A stretch of 64,000 nt of DNA, taken from positions 62,930,001-62,994,000 of the forward strand of contig NC_067399.1 in the NCBI RefSeq assembly GCF_016432865.1. Direction: 5' to 3'. The notes below the pieces were generated by a model, which did not search any database, had not been told where the DNA came from, and saw only the letters and a list, made by a program, of their open reading frames with translations. Within the stretch, counting starts at the first letter, position 1. Each line of letters opens with the position of its first letter. The stretch is from Antechinus flavipes. Lineage: Eukaryota. A program made the position numbers and the translations under genes. Below, one piece after another: positions 22,521 to 34,945 of this stretch.

Positions 22521-24483
22521 TTCTCATACTCACCCCTCAAAAAAAGACAATATATGTGAAGTACTTTATAAACCTTAAGGTTTGCACTAATATGCTTATA
22601 ACAGTGATGTTAGCCATAACAATAATATTTATTTGTATTTCTTTCCTCATTCCCTTTGTCTACTCAAAGAGGATGACTGAAGAAAGCATCATGGAGAAAT
22701 AACTGACTGTTCTTGAGCTGATGTCTTCACTTTTAACCCTACTCAGTTTCTTTAATTAAATTTATGGTCAATTATGCAATTTGCAGTGCACATTGACCTC
22801 TGAATGACTTGTCTGTGGAAGCAGAATCATCTTTTTACTCCATTTTGGAAAATTTTTCCTCTCTGTTTCTCCTTCTCTTCCCTTCCCTTCCTTCTTCCTA
22901 TTCACCTTTGGTAGCAGAATGAAACCAACCAGCTCTGGAAATTTCCAACACAAAAGTGACACTATAGTTTCACTTGGCCAAATGTCCCCAGTGAGTGTTC
23001 TCTGTACTGAGACTTGAGTCGACTTCTAGATCTTGGCTGGATTAGTCACAATCATCATCAGGACCCTGCTTCAGGATGTGCTTTAAGATTAAGTTGTGAG
23101 AAAGATTTACAAGGTTGAGCAAAGTCTGGAGAGGGCTGTGGTCTGAACTTGGGAGTAAGGTCAGGGTTTGATTATTCTAAGCACAAACACTGGGAGATGA
23201 GATTCTTAAAATAGGGTGTAAATCAAGAGATCAGTCCCTGAGGGGAAAGGAAAGGTGGAATGGAAATACCATTGCTAGAAGGACTAACTCTTCTGGTCCA
23301 AAAGTTCCATCAGCTCTCTGTTGCCTCTAGGATAAAATACAAACTNNNNNNNNNNNNNNNNNNNNNNNNNNNNNNNNNNNNNNNNNNNNNNNNNNNNNNN
23401 NNNNNNNNNNNNNNNNNNNNNNNNNNNNNNNNNNNNNNNNNNNNNNNNNNNNNNNNNNNNNNNNNNNNNNNNNNNNNNNNNNNNNNNNNNNNNNNNNNNN
23501 NNNNNNNNNNNNNNNNNNNNNNNNNNNNNNNNNNNNNNNNNNNNNNNNNNNNNNNNNNNNNNNNNNNNNNNNNNNNNNNNNNNNNNNNNNNNNNNNNNNN
23601 NNNNNNNNNNNNNNNNNNNNNNNNNNNNNNNNNNNNNAATCTGGTTCCAGTCTTTCTTTCAAGACTTATTGCATAACACTTTTTTCATGTGGTCTAATTC
23701 CATCCCGACTGGCCCGCTTGCCCTTCCTAGTACCTATCATTCTATCTCCTATTTCTTCTTTTGGATCAGGCTGTGTTACATGCCTGGAATATACTCACTC
23801 CTCACTTTTGTCTCCTGGACCCAGTAACTTCATTAAGATTCAATTCAAATGTCAGCACCTACTTAACTTCTTTACTAAGTCTCCCAATTACTATGGCCTT
23901 CTAAAATTACTTTATCTTACATATTATTGCATAGGCTGGAATATTTCTGAATTTTTGGAGTATAAAGAACACCTGTGTAAAACTGCATGCTTGCATGCAG
24001 CAGGGGGGAAAGGTGGGTAAGGTGGAAAGATTAATTGCCTCAAAATCTCAGTGTCACTCAATCACAGAGCAGGAAAGGACCATGTTATTGTTGTTATTAA
24101 TCCATTTCCTTGTGCCTTATATTCTTTATGACTCTATTTCTTGATACCAAATAGACTGTTATTTCCTTCTCTAGATCACTTTACAGTTGGGGAAACTGAG
24201 TCAAATAAGGTAAAATGACTTGCTCAGTTATTAACTGCCTAAAGCTAAATTTGAATTCATGAAAATGAATCTCCTTAATTCCAAGGCCAGTGTTTCTCCA
24301 CTGTAGCTAGTCTAGGGAACATAAAGACCATTTAATTCAATCCCATATCTGAACAATAATTCCATCTACAACATGCCAGAGAACTGCCCAGACAGCCTTT
24401 ATTTATAGACCTCTAACTAGAAGGAACTCACTTACTCTCAAGATAACACATTACAGTTTTAGAGAGCTCTAATTCTTAGAATG

Positions 24484-24707
24484 AACAGCTAAGAGACATA
24501 GTGGATAGAGCACTGGGCCTGGATGCAAGAAAACTCATCAAAATGTATGATCCTGAGTAAGTCACTTAATCCTGTTTGTTTGTTTCCTCATCTGTCAAAT
24601 AGGCTGGAGGAAGAAATGGCCAATCACTCCAGTATCTTTTGCCAAGAAAATCCCAAATGGGGTCATGGAGAGTTGGATGTGACTGAAAAAGAACTGACCA
24701 ACAACAA
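24484..24707 (+). mobile_element. MAR1-type CORE-SINE
   Basis: Head cagcta..catagtggatagagcactgggcctgga; 3' end gaaatggc.aa.cactccagtatcttt.ccaagaaaa.cccaaatggggtca...caacaac. Confidence 0.8.
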
Positions 24708-24739
24708 TTCTTAGAATGTTTCTCTTACATAAAGCTTAA

Positions 24740-25200
24740 ATAATCCATCCTTCAACTTCTGCTTATTGTTTCTTGCTTTGCCTTCTGGATACAAATAAAA
24801 AAGTCCATTTTTTTCCTATTTGATAGTCTTTCAAATACTTCAAGATAATTATCACATCTATATTCCCACTTACCCCTCTTCCTTCCTAAGCTTCCTTTTT
24901 TCCAAGCTGGGTTATTTAATCCAGTTCTTTCAAATGAGCAATATGGTACAGATGTATTCCTGCAACAACACGTCACCTTCCTCTGTACATTTTTAGTGCC
25001 CAGAACTGAACACATTTCCCCAGATCTGCTCTCCCTATTAATTTCATCTAATTAGGATTGGCTTAATCATTTATTTAGTATTTCATTGATCTTTTTGATT
25101 CAGACTGTTATTTAATATCTCCATTATTTCTCCCATTTTGAGTTATCTAGATAGTTAATGAGCATGTCATTTATGCCTTTATTCAAGGTTATGTCTTAAA
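24740..25200 (-). mobile_element. L3 (CR1) LINE C-terminal fragment
   Basis: ORF 24752..25015 resembles the CR1 C-terminus (CSVLG..NVQRK.T...YLEVFERLS..KKMDFF). Confidence 0.65.
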
Positions 25201-25227
25201 GAATATTGAGCCAAGCCTTAGACTGCC

Positions 25228-25420
25228 TAGCTTCTTAAACTGTGATTCGTGACCCCATATGGAATTTTGTAACTGAATTTGGAGGTCATGAAATTAAGAT
25301 TTATTATCAGTAAATGTTTGATTTGTATACCTATTTTATATACCTTCATATCTGGGGTCATGTAAAAATTTTTCAGGCAAAAAAAGATTGTGAATGAACA
25401 AAAGTTTAAAAATGCTTGGG
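25228..25420. mobile_element. hAT-type MITE, copy 2
   Basis: agcttcttaaactgtg...atcagtaaat.ttt.atttgta.acctattttatata...aaaagtttaa aligns with 7877-8069. Confidence 0.6.
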
Positions 25421-25935
25421 GTCTAGAGTCTTTTTCCAAGTTCATTTCAGCTCATAAGTACTAATTTTAGGGGGGGGCATACCTTCTTGCCATGTATCTA
25501 TCATGCTATATCCATTTATTTTTACTGGGGCCATTTCTTCTTACTAGAAAATTGAGCCCTGCTCCCAGAGTCATGAAGAGTCTTAATAGGGAAGCTTTAT
25601 CTTTGTCTTGTTGGGATCCATGCCATAGAATAAGGAAATAGTACTTTTTTTCACCTTTCTAGCTCCTCTTTTCAGAGCCTTTCCTCATTAGATTGTAAGA
25701 TTCTTGAAGGTAAGGACTGTCTTCCTTGCTTTTTTAAAAAAAAATATCTCCAGTGTCAAGCAGAGTTTGATGAACATAGAATGCATCCAATAAACACTCT
25801 TTCTATCTAGTCATTGAAACAGTTATTAATCTATCTAATTTTACTGTCACCTAGCCCACACCTGTCATCTTGTTGACGATGAGAATCTGAGAGACTTTCT
25901 CAAATGTTTTGCTAAAACCTGTGTTAAGGAACACA

Positions 25936-26152
25936 GGGACAGCTAGATGGAACAGGAGATAGTCAGGAAACCTGAGTTCAAATCTGGCCTCAGAACTGTG
26001 TGATTTAGGCACGCCACTTAATCCTGTTTACCTCAGTTTGCTTATCTATAAAATGAACTGGAGAAGAAAATGGCAAACCATTACTAGTATCTTTGCCAAG
26101 AAAACCTCAAACGGGGTGACAAAGAATCAACCAATGACTGAACCCCAACAAA
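25936..26152 (+). mobile_element. MAR1-type CORE-SINE
   Basis: cagctagatgg...acctgagttcaaatctggcctcaga...ggagaagaaaatggcaaaccat..agtatctttgccaagaaaacc. Confidence 0.8.
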
Positions 26153-28896
26153 GTCTAAAGTAAAGCACCCAATAACAGAGAGCCATCTTTAGAAATAGGC
26201 ACTTTTAATGAAGTTTCTGGAAAAAGGAACTAGGAAGCTGAAATGTAGAATTCTGCCCCCAAGAGTAAGTTTCATACTGAGGTTTTCATATATCTGTAAG
26301 ATCTAAAAATGGTCATTAAAAACAATTTATGATTTGGAGAGGGGCCAAGCACCAGAGCAGGAGATCTTCAAAGGAAAGGAACATGAAAGAAGGTGTAGCC
26401 ATTTTTTCTTTCTCCAACTATTTTGCATATTTCTTTTCTGTGAGCTTTTTTCATAGTTAGGAGAAAGAGGCTTTTTTGCTTAAAAGAACATTTTGGGGTA
26501 CTGAGACCATCTGCTGCCTTCTTGAAGTAGAGCTTATTATTTAGTTAAGAATCAGTACATTTTAGTAACTTCCAGAAGATCTAATTTTGAGTTTTGGATT
26601 TGAGACTTAATATTAAACCCATGGATTCTGGGCAATTCTTCCCTTCTTTGGAGCTCAGTAAACTCATCTGTAAAACCCGATGATAATTTGCTTTTACCTA
26701 CCTCATAAACTTCTTGTGGGGAAAGTATTCTGTCACTTTTAAGCCCCTGAAAATTAGCATTGGAGATGCAAGGGAAAATGATTGATGGAGAGAAGTTGCA
26801 AAAAAGAGGTGATGACAACACAGGAAGAAATATTAGAGATCATTTATTCCCACTTCCCTCCCCCCCCCTTTTTTTTTAACAGATGAAGAAACTGAGGCTG
26901 AGAGAGGACAAGTAACTTTAGATCAAAGGAGATAATATTTATAAAGCACCTAAAACAGTCTTGGCTCATAGTAGGCACTTAAATGCTTTCTCTGCCCCCC
27001 TCTGTTTCCTCTAAGATCACATAGCTAGCAAGATCAGGATTCAAATACAAGGTCCCTAATTCTAAAACCTTTCATCTTTCTTTGAACAAAACTGCCAAGG
27101 GGAACAGGTAGAAGAGTTAAATGTTTCAGTGGGATGGATAGAGAGTCAGTATGTTCATAAATTATAGGATTATAGATTCAGAGCTGAATCTTAGATGCCA
27201 TCTAGTCCCATCACTCTTACTTTATGTTTGAGAAAACTGAGCTTTTCAGGAAAGTGACAGGGTCTTTAGATGGAGTCATGTTTGGTTATCATCAGAATGC
27301 CAAGGGTTTCACCAAGAAAACTCATCTGCTTATTGTTTGATTCATGAAGTCCATGACCACTTCTGGGACTCATCCCAAAGATATACTCAGCTACAGTCCA
27401 GACTATCCAGATTGATAATAACTATGTGCCACGGTGATGGCCTTTGGGGAATGAGAACTGATCTGCAGTTAGGGTGGTTTTCCAAACTGGGGCATGTAGT
27501 TGATTTTTCATGTGACTTTTCAAATAGTAGAAGAGGGAACACTATTGAAATTATGGGAGATTTGGTGTTTTAAAAAATCAGCAAAGTACTCTGTCAACAC
27601 ATGGGTTCGAATCTTGGTTTAGCTAATTATTTGGTATGTGATTCTGGGGCAAATTTTTGGGCCTTAATTTCCTTATCTATAAAAAGAGAGGATTGGATAA
27701 GATCAGAGGTGTTAGACTCATAGCTTGGGTTGTAAAACTCACAAGTCTGGCCTGAAGCATATGAAAATATAGATTGTAGTATTTTGTAGTAGGTTTTAGA
27801 GTTGGGAGAACTGAGTTCAAAGCCCATCTTTGACATTCACTATAAATGTAAACCTATAAATCTTAATTCTTCTGAATCAGCTTCTATAAAATGGCAATAT
27901 TTGGACTCTTCACTTCACTGAATAATTATGAGAAATGCTCTTTGTCAATATGGAAGAATTATAGAAATGAAATGATATATAACAAGTATTATTATTGTTA
28001 ACAACAAGGATAATGATGCTATTTTGTAATATATTGCCCCAAGAGACATAAGGCTATAGAAGAGACTTCATCTATTTCACTTGGATGTTTAATGACGTGA
28101 AATGAGGTTTTTGAAATAGTCTTCTGGGACTCTGGATTGGTGTTCATCATCATTTTGAGGTCAAATTTCTGAACACAAGAGATTACTAGGGAAACCAGGA
28201 TTAAAAAGGATGGGAATCAGGTAACATGGGTTCTAGATGCAGCTCTGACACTAATTGGCCTTTTGATTTGGGGCAAATCATTTCAACTCTTTGGCCATTG
28301 ACTAGCATTTCTGTAAAAAAAGAGAATTGTCTAAATGATTGGTGAGGACATTCTGGATCTAATACCACATCATTTCTGGGACAATAACCTAGACCTTCTT
28401 TCCCAGCCCCAATTTTCAAGACTTACTTGTACCCTAATGGGCTACTAAGGCATTTGAAGCTGAATTAATGAATTGATGAAAATAATCAATAAATGAATAA
28501 ATAATGGTTGATAATGGATTAATGTATTATTTCCTTCAAGCAGTAAATAAGAACCAAATGTGTGGTTCAGGAAGTGTATAAAGCATGTTAAAGCTGAAAA
28601 GGTACCTATTATAGACAATTAGAACACACCCAAGAGGGACCCACATGACTGTAATCCTTGGCTGCTTTCGAGGCATTTTGGGTACTCATAGTTATAAAAT
28701 ATGGCTTGAGTCCCCATCCTGCACATTTTCTATCATCAGCATATCAAGATGATTTAAATAACAAAGCTTTTTAATTAGGATAGAACAGCCAATTGAATAA
28801 CCAGAGAAAATAATTCTCCACATTGTATTCCCTGTCCTTCTCTATCCTGACTATTTCCCTCTATATCCACACACAAAGAGCCATAATTTTTTACAG

Positions 28897-29155
28897 CAGA
28901 GATTTCAAACATGGCCCTGCTTGTGGCCTGCCAAGTACTGTCAAGCCAGATTAAAATGTAATTGGGAAATAGCTAATAAAATAAATGGACAACTATTTGT
29001 AATTTATAATATAATATATAATAAAATATAAATATGTGATATAGTTCCTATATCATATATTTATATTATATTTTAAAACTTAGTCAATATGTAGAGCATA
29101 GGGATCCTTACATAGGGATTAGCAGCCCCAACGCTATCTGAGTTTGATACCATTG
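28897..29155. mobile_element. Probable hAT MITE with AT-rich core
   Basis: Imperfect TIRs cagagatttcaaac / gtttgataccattg (10/14 matches); no clear TSD. Confidence 0.45.
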
Positions 29156-29599
29156 TCCTGGAGAGTCTCACTCTGGTCAATGAAAGAATTCTTCTTGGTC
29201 AACTTATGCTTACATCTGTCATGGTTTTGTGTCCCAGAAATGGGACTCTGCTTTTCCAGAGCTGCCATTTAGCACCCTCTGCTGAGCTAATGCTATCATC
29301 TGTTAGACTTATCTGCTACTGGGGGTTCTCAGAAAATACTGCTTTTTTGTGATACTAACTGCTAATCTGTCTAGTGGTACAGATCAACACAGTTTCAGTT
29401 CTTTTGTTAGTCAGGACTGTTGCATGATGGCTAGCTACATATAAAGGGGCTTTCAAAGTAGCTGTCAAAGCCTTCCCCCCCACCCCCTTTCACATTGATC
29501 CCTACCTTTTATCTTCTCCCTTTTAGAAAATTCTTCTAACACCTCTCTCCCCAACACTCTTTCCCACTTTATTTCCCTGGTTTAGGACAACTAAATTTC

Positions 29600-30960
29600 T
29601 TTCTTAAAAATATGTTTTAATTGATATTTTCTGTTTTTTATAAGATTGTATTATACCATGTATCCATCCTCTTCTCTGTCCCTGAGAGCCACCCCATAAG
29701 GCAGATAGTATTTTTTATTTCAGAGAGGAAAAGAAGTTATCACATTTGATTGATACATTGAAAAAGTCTGAAAACCTGTGCAATGTGTAACAACTGTGAG
29801 CCTCTAGATTAGGAAAACTGTTTCATATCTCTTTATTTAGGTCCCACTTGATCTTTATAATATTATTACTTTTTTATATTTACATTGTGCATTTTGTTTT
29901 CTTGGCTCTGTTTGCTTTATTTTATTTTTTAATATTTACATTGCACATTTTGTTTTCTTGGCTCTATTTACTTTACATAGCACTGATTCATATCAATCTT
30001 GCCATACTTTCCTGCATTCATCACACACATCATTTCTCATATTTTTCCAATACATATATATACTATAAATTTGTTTAGTTATTCCTCAATTGATAGGCAT
30101 CTATTTTGTTTTTAATTCTTAGCTACCACAAAAAATGTTCTTCTAAAATATTTTAGAGTTCATGGGAACTTTTTTTTTAATGATGACTTCCATAAATTAT
30201 ACATCCAAAATCGAGTCTTTAGTTCAAAGGGTATGGTTATTTTAGTCACTTATTTACATAATTCTAAATTGCCTTATGAAATAGTTATACTGTTTCACAG
30301 CTCCACCAACAATGTATTAGTATGCCTGTCCACACAACCCCATCTGATATTTACTGTTGCCATTCCTCTCCCTCTCCCCCATTTTTGCCACTTTACAGGT
30401 TTTGAGGTGAAACCTTGGGATTGTTAAGGTATGTGTTTCTCTTATTATTAATGATTTGAACATTTTTTCACATGTTCACATACTTTGCTATTTTTGAAAA
30501 GTTTATTTATATCATTTGACCACTTACCTATTAGGAAATAGTTATTAGTCTTTAAATATCTCTCTCTTTGAATAAATATGTATGCATGAACACATACAAA
30601 AATATGTAATTTATAGCCCTTAGATACCAAACCTATATCAGACAAATCTAACATAAGGATTCTCCCTCATTCAAACACTTCCCTTCTTATCCTTGATATA
30701 TTAATATTGTCTGTGAATAAACTTTTTAGTTTGGGTAATCATAGTTATCTATTTTGTCATTTGTAATTGCCTCTAGCTCTTATTGGTTAAGAATTCAGCT
30801 CTTATTCCTAATTTATGAGAGGTTTATGGTCTATTTTTCTGCTAATTTTTTTTAATGGTATGATCAGTTGTATCTATTTGGAATGCATTGTGATGTGTGG
30901 TATAAGGTATCAATCTAAGCCTAATTTCTACCAGACTGCTTTCCAATTTTTCCAGAAAAC
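29600..30960 (-). mobile_element. L1 3' portion (ORF2 end and 3' UTR)
   Basis: Antisense L1 text: attcctcaattgataggcatct..., ttgaccacttacctattaggaaat, taagcctaatttctaccagactgctttccaattttt. Confidence 0.75.
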
Positions 30961-30984
30961 TTTTTAAATGATAATGATGTTTTC

Positions 30985-31583
30985 CATCCTTTCCTCCCTC
31001 CCTCTGTCCCTCCTTTCTTCACCCCACTCCCTTCCTCCCTGCCTCCTCCCCTCCCTCCCTTTTCTCCTTCCCTTCCCTCCTTCCTTCTTTCTCTTTCTCC
31101 CTTCCTCCTTCCCTTCCTTCCTTCCTCACTCCCTTCTCTCCTTCTCTTGCCTCTTTTTTCCCTCCTCCCTCCTTTCCTTCCCTTTTCCCTTCTTCCTTCC
31201 ATCCTTCCTCCTTCCCTTCCCTCTTTTCTCCTTTTCTCCTGTCCTNNNNNNNNNNNNNNNNNNNNNNNNNNNNNNNNNNNNNNNNNNNNNNNNNNNNNNN
31301 NNNNNNNNNNNNNNNNNNNNNNNNNNNNNNNNNNNNNNNNNNNNNNNNNNNNNNNNNNNNNNNNNNNNNNNNNNNNNNNNNNNNNNNNNNNNNNNNNNNN
31401 NNNNNCTCTCTCTTCCTTCTGTCCCTCTGTCCCTTCCCTCCCTTTTTCCCTCCCTCCCTCTCTCCTTCCCTTCTTCCCTCCCTCTTTCTCTCCCTCCATC
31501 CCTCCTAATCTTCATTTCTCCCTCCTTCCCTCCCTCCATTTCTCCTTCCCTCCCTCCCTTCCTCCCTCCCTTCCTTCCTCCCC
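30985..31583. repeat. Polypyrimidine low-complexity tract (CCTT/CCCT/CT), containing a gap
   Basis: Direct reading; source of several spurious ORFs. Confidence 0.9.
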
Positions 31584-32767
31584 CAAAATAGGGTTACTGT
31601 AATGTCTTTAGTTTCAATTTAGAGTAGTATCGAAAACATGACCTTCTTCATGTATATATATAGAAACCATTTCCAAAACCTATCTTTAAATGAGAAAAAA
31701 TTATACATTTGTAACCAGAACTGATTAGTTTCTATATAATGTTTCATCTTTCTACATATACTTCTTTGCCTTCCACTTTATCCCTGAATTTGATGCAGTA
31801 AATCTCCACCTCTCTAGCTTATAGTAGGGGGTTATATTAAATTATAAACACATCATCAATGTTTAATTATGTACACAAATAATGTATTGGCCAGTATCTA
31901 CTTTAAGATTAGATTCTTAGAACTTGACAAAATATATGTTGCATTTTCAAAAAAAAAATTAATACACATTGTGTGTGTGTGTGTGTGTGTGTGTGAAGGG
32001 GAGGAGGTTACTCAGGAACTTGTCAGTGTTCCAATTTGAACTAGACACTTGGCTCTTTTTACTTTCCTAAAAATTATATACATAATTCATTAAATTATGT
32101 AGCAGTCTCCTCCACCTCTTCCTCTTCCACCTCTTCCTTTTTCTTATTCTTCTTTTACATTATCCCCAAATTGTTTTAATGGTAATCTCTATTTACCAAT
32201 TTAAACCCAATATTTCAGGTCAATAAGAATGATAATCACTAGCAAAAGGATACCAGCAACTAGAGACATGATTGCCTTCCTTTTTTTTTTTTTATCCATG
32301 CCATTATATTTGTCTTTTAAGCTGTTTAGATCTATTGCAAAAATCTGTTGCATTACCTAAGCTTTTAATTTGTCTTGTAGTTCATTCAGTCTCTCTTCTC
32401 TTTCAATTACTTGATGATTCTTGCATGACATCAGTTATTTCATCCCCCTTATTCTGTACATGCCTAGTTTTTTTATTCTGAGCTCCAAATTTTTTCCAGA
32501 TGAGGCTTTAGGAAAAGATCCTGTTCTTTATCTGAATCACCTTTCAAAAGATTTCTCCTTTCACTTTTCATAGAACCAGTGACACCATCATCATTTAGGC
32601 AGCATTTGAATTTGGGAGGCATCCTTATTTTTCAAAATATTGTTTTCTTTCCCCCCCACTTTGACAGGCAGATATACCATCTGGACATTAGCCAGGAAGC
32701 TTCTGATTGTCCCTCAGGTTGAGGCTGGATTGGACATAAGTCGACAGGATCAGACTGATTTGAAAGT

Positions 32768-32812
<45 letters not shown>

Positions 32813-33477
32813 TGTGTGTATGTGTGTGTGTTGAAGTGAAAGGAAGTAAGGAAGAAGAAAGAGGAGGGGAGGAAGTGACATGGCTGTGGGCATGGATGTC
32901 AACTGCTCTGTTCCTATTCTACATGGTGGAAGCCTTGATTTTCTTTTAAAAAATGTTTCAAACTCTTTTTTGGTTTTTTGGTTATTGAATCCATATTTTG
33001 TCCTGTATAATTAAACTCAGATTTGAAGATAGATCACTTTGGGATCTATCCAATGACTTTTGGAACATATTTTTTTCTATTCTCACTTCTTTTTTTTTTC
33101 CTATAGGTACAAATAGTCTTGTGTTATTCAAATGTCCTTTTCATTGTATGTGAAATTCTCCCTGCTGATGGCTTGCAGAACGTTTTGTTTCTGAATTATT
33201 TGTTAATTTAACCACCATATATCTTAGACTTTATAATCTTGGTGGTATTTTTTTGGGAGGCAATCTGTGAATTCTCTCCATTGAAAGTTAATTTTCTGTG
33301 ATCAGAAACTCTGCCAGGTCTCCTCTATAATGTCTTTCATTAGGGCACTAAGGATTTTTGGTTATGTCATGTTCTTCTGAAAGGCTTATGATGCTTAGGT
33401 TATCCTTTTGCATCCTATCTTTTGAGATTTTTAAATTTTGCTCGCAGATATTTTCTTTTAAATATTCTTACTGGGAT

Positions 33478-33870
33478 TTCGGGAGCCAAGATGATGGACT
33501 AGAAAAAAATGAGTTCTCCCAACATTTCCCTCCAAACAACTTTAAAATGTCCCAAATTGAATTCTGGAGTGGCAGAACCAATAAAAGTTCAGAGCAAGGC
33601 ATTTCTCCAGCCTAAGACAACATAGAAAGTCAGAAAGAGGGATCTGTGACATGGTGGAAGAGGCTAACTTGGAGTCCATGAGGATGAAACACTAGTGGTG
33701 GGACTGACCCGGTGGTGACAGAAGGAGCACTAGCTTCAGGCACTCTCAAACAAAAAATGGTAAAGGAACCTGGCAAGAAGTCAGAAAGAGGCTACAGGGT
33801 ATCTCTATCCTAGCACTGGCAATTCAATTGCCTTTATTCACATGGCATTTGCTTTTTTGGGTACCACAAG
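33478..33870 (+). mobile_element. L1 5' UTR-like fragment
   Basis: Starts gggagccaagatg; continues ccctccaaacaactttaaaat...aattgaattctggagtggcagaaccaa, as in marsupial L1 5' ends. Confidence 0.55.
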
Positions 33871-34230
33871 ACCTTCCTGAATAATATTGAGCCTGTAGTA
33901 CCCTAAAGCCCAAGATCCTTTTTGAAAAAATTGCTGTCCATTCAAGTCTTCCTCATCTTGTATTTGTGGAGTTGATCTTTTTGGTAGCCAAGTATAAGAC
34001 TTTATACTTATCTCTAATAAGATTCATCTTATTAGATTCAGCCCAATGCTCTGATATGCCAAGATCTTTTTGAATCATGACTGCATCATCATGCGTGCTG
34101 ATCCTCAGCTTTGTGACATTTGCAGTTTTGATGGGGATGTCCTCAGTGTCTTTGTCCAAGTCACTAAAAAGATGTCAGAAAGCAGAAGATCAAGGGGCAT
34201 CCCACTGGAGACTTTGGAGACTTTGTGCCA
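33870..34230 (-). mobile_element. L3 (CR1) RT fragment
   Basis: ORF 33953..34159: DKDTEDIPIKTANVTKL...IQKDL...EHWAESNKMNL.RDKYKVLYL, a decayed KFADDTKLGG/RLE.W/FN.DKCKVLHL region. Confidence 0.8.
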
Positions 34231-34284
34231 TTTATTTATTGAGCCATGAACATAAGTATGATTATTTTCTACTTCTAAATCCAT

Positions 34285-34448
34285 TTCATTATTATTATTA
34301 GTATATTAGTATTATATATATTATATTAGTATATGTAGCATATATAGTATATACTAATACACAGCATATATTAGTATTTATAGTATATATAATATATTAG
34401 TATATAGTATTATTATTAGTATATTAATATATATATTATATATAGCAT
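34285..34448. repeat. AT-rich (TA/TAG)n low-complexity repeat
   Basis: Direct reading. Confidence 0.85.
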
Positions 34449-34699
34449 TAGGAGGTTGGTCTAACATGGAATCTTGGATGAAACCATGTGGGCTGGCTCT
34501 TTGTAATTACCACTGAGTCAAAGTTCAAGTCACCACAGCTTCAAATTCAGTTAGATTCTTACAAGCTGCTCTACTCTGGGCAAATCATTTGACTTCAGTT
34601 TCCTCATATGTAAAATGGGAATGATAATAGCAACTGTCTCCCAGGATTGTTTTGAGGATCAAATGAGATAATATTTTAAAATCTCTTTACAGATGTTGC

Positions 34700-34945
34700 T
34701 GTTCAGTTGTTTGTCAGTTGTGTCCAACTCTTTGTGACCCAATTTGGGGTTTTCTTGGCAAACATACTGGAGTGATTTGCCAATTCCTCCTCAGGTTTCT
34801 TCGACAGTTAGAAAACTGAAGAAACCAGGTTAAGTGACTTACTGAGGGTCACATAGCTAGGAAATATTTGAGACCAGATTTGAAGTCAGGAAGATTTCTC
34901 CAGGCTTTTCTAGACTCTATTCACTGCACCACCTAGCTGCTCCTA
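34700..34945 (-). mobile_element. MAR1-type CORE-SINE
   Basis: gttgttcagttg..tgtccaactctttgtgaccc.atttggggttttcttggcaaa.atactggagtg.tttgcca. Confidence 0.8.

Noticed and set aside
28540-28770. FOX (GTAAATAA), ETS (CAGGAAGT) and SOX (AACAAAG) motifs suggesting an endothelial enhancer
   Set aside because: Short motifs at chance frequency, not in the composite FOX:ETS arrangement, with no CpG or conservation evidence.
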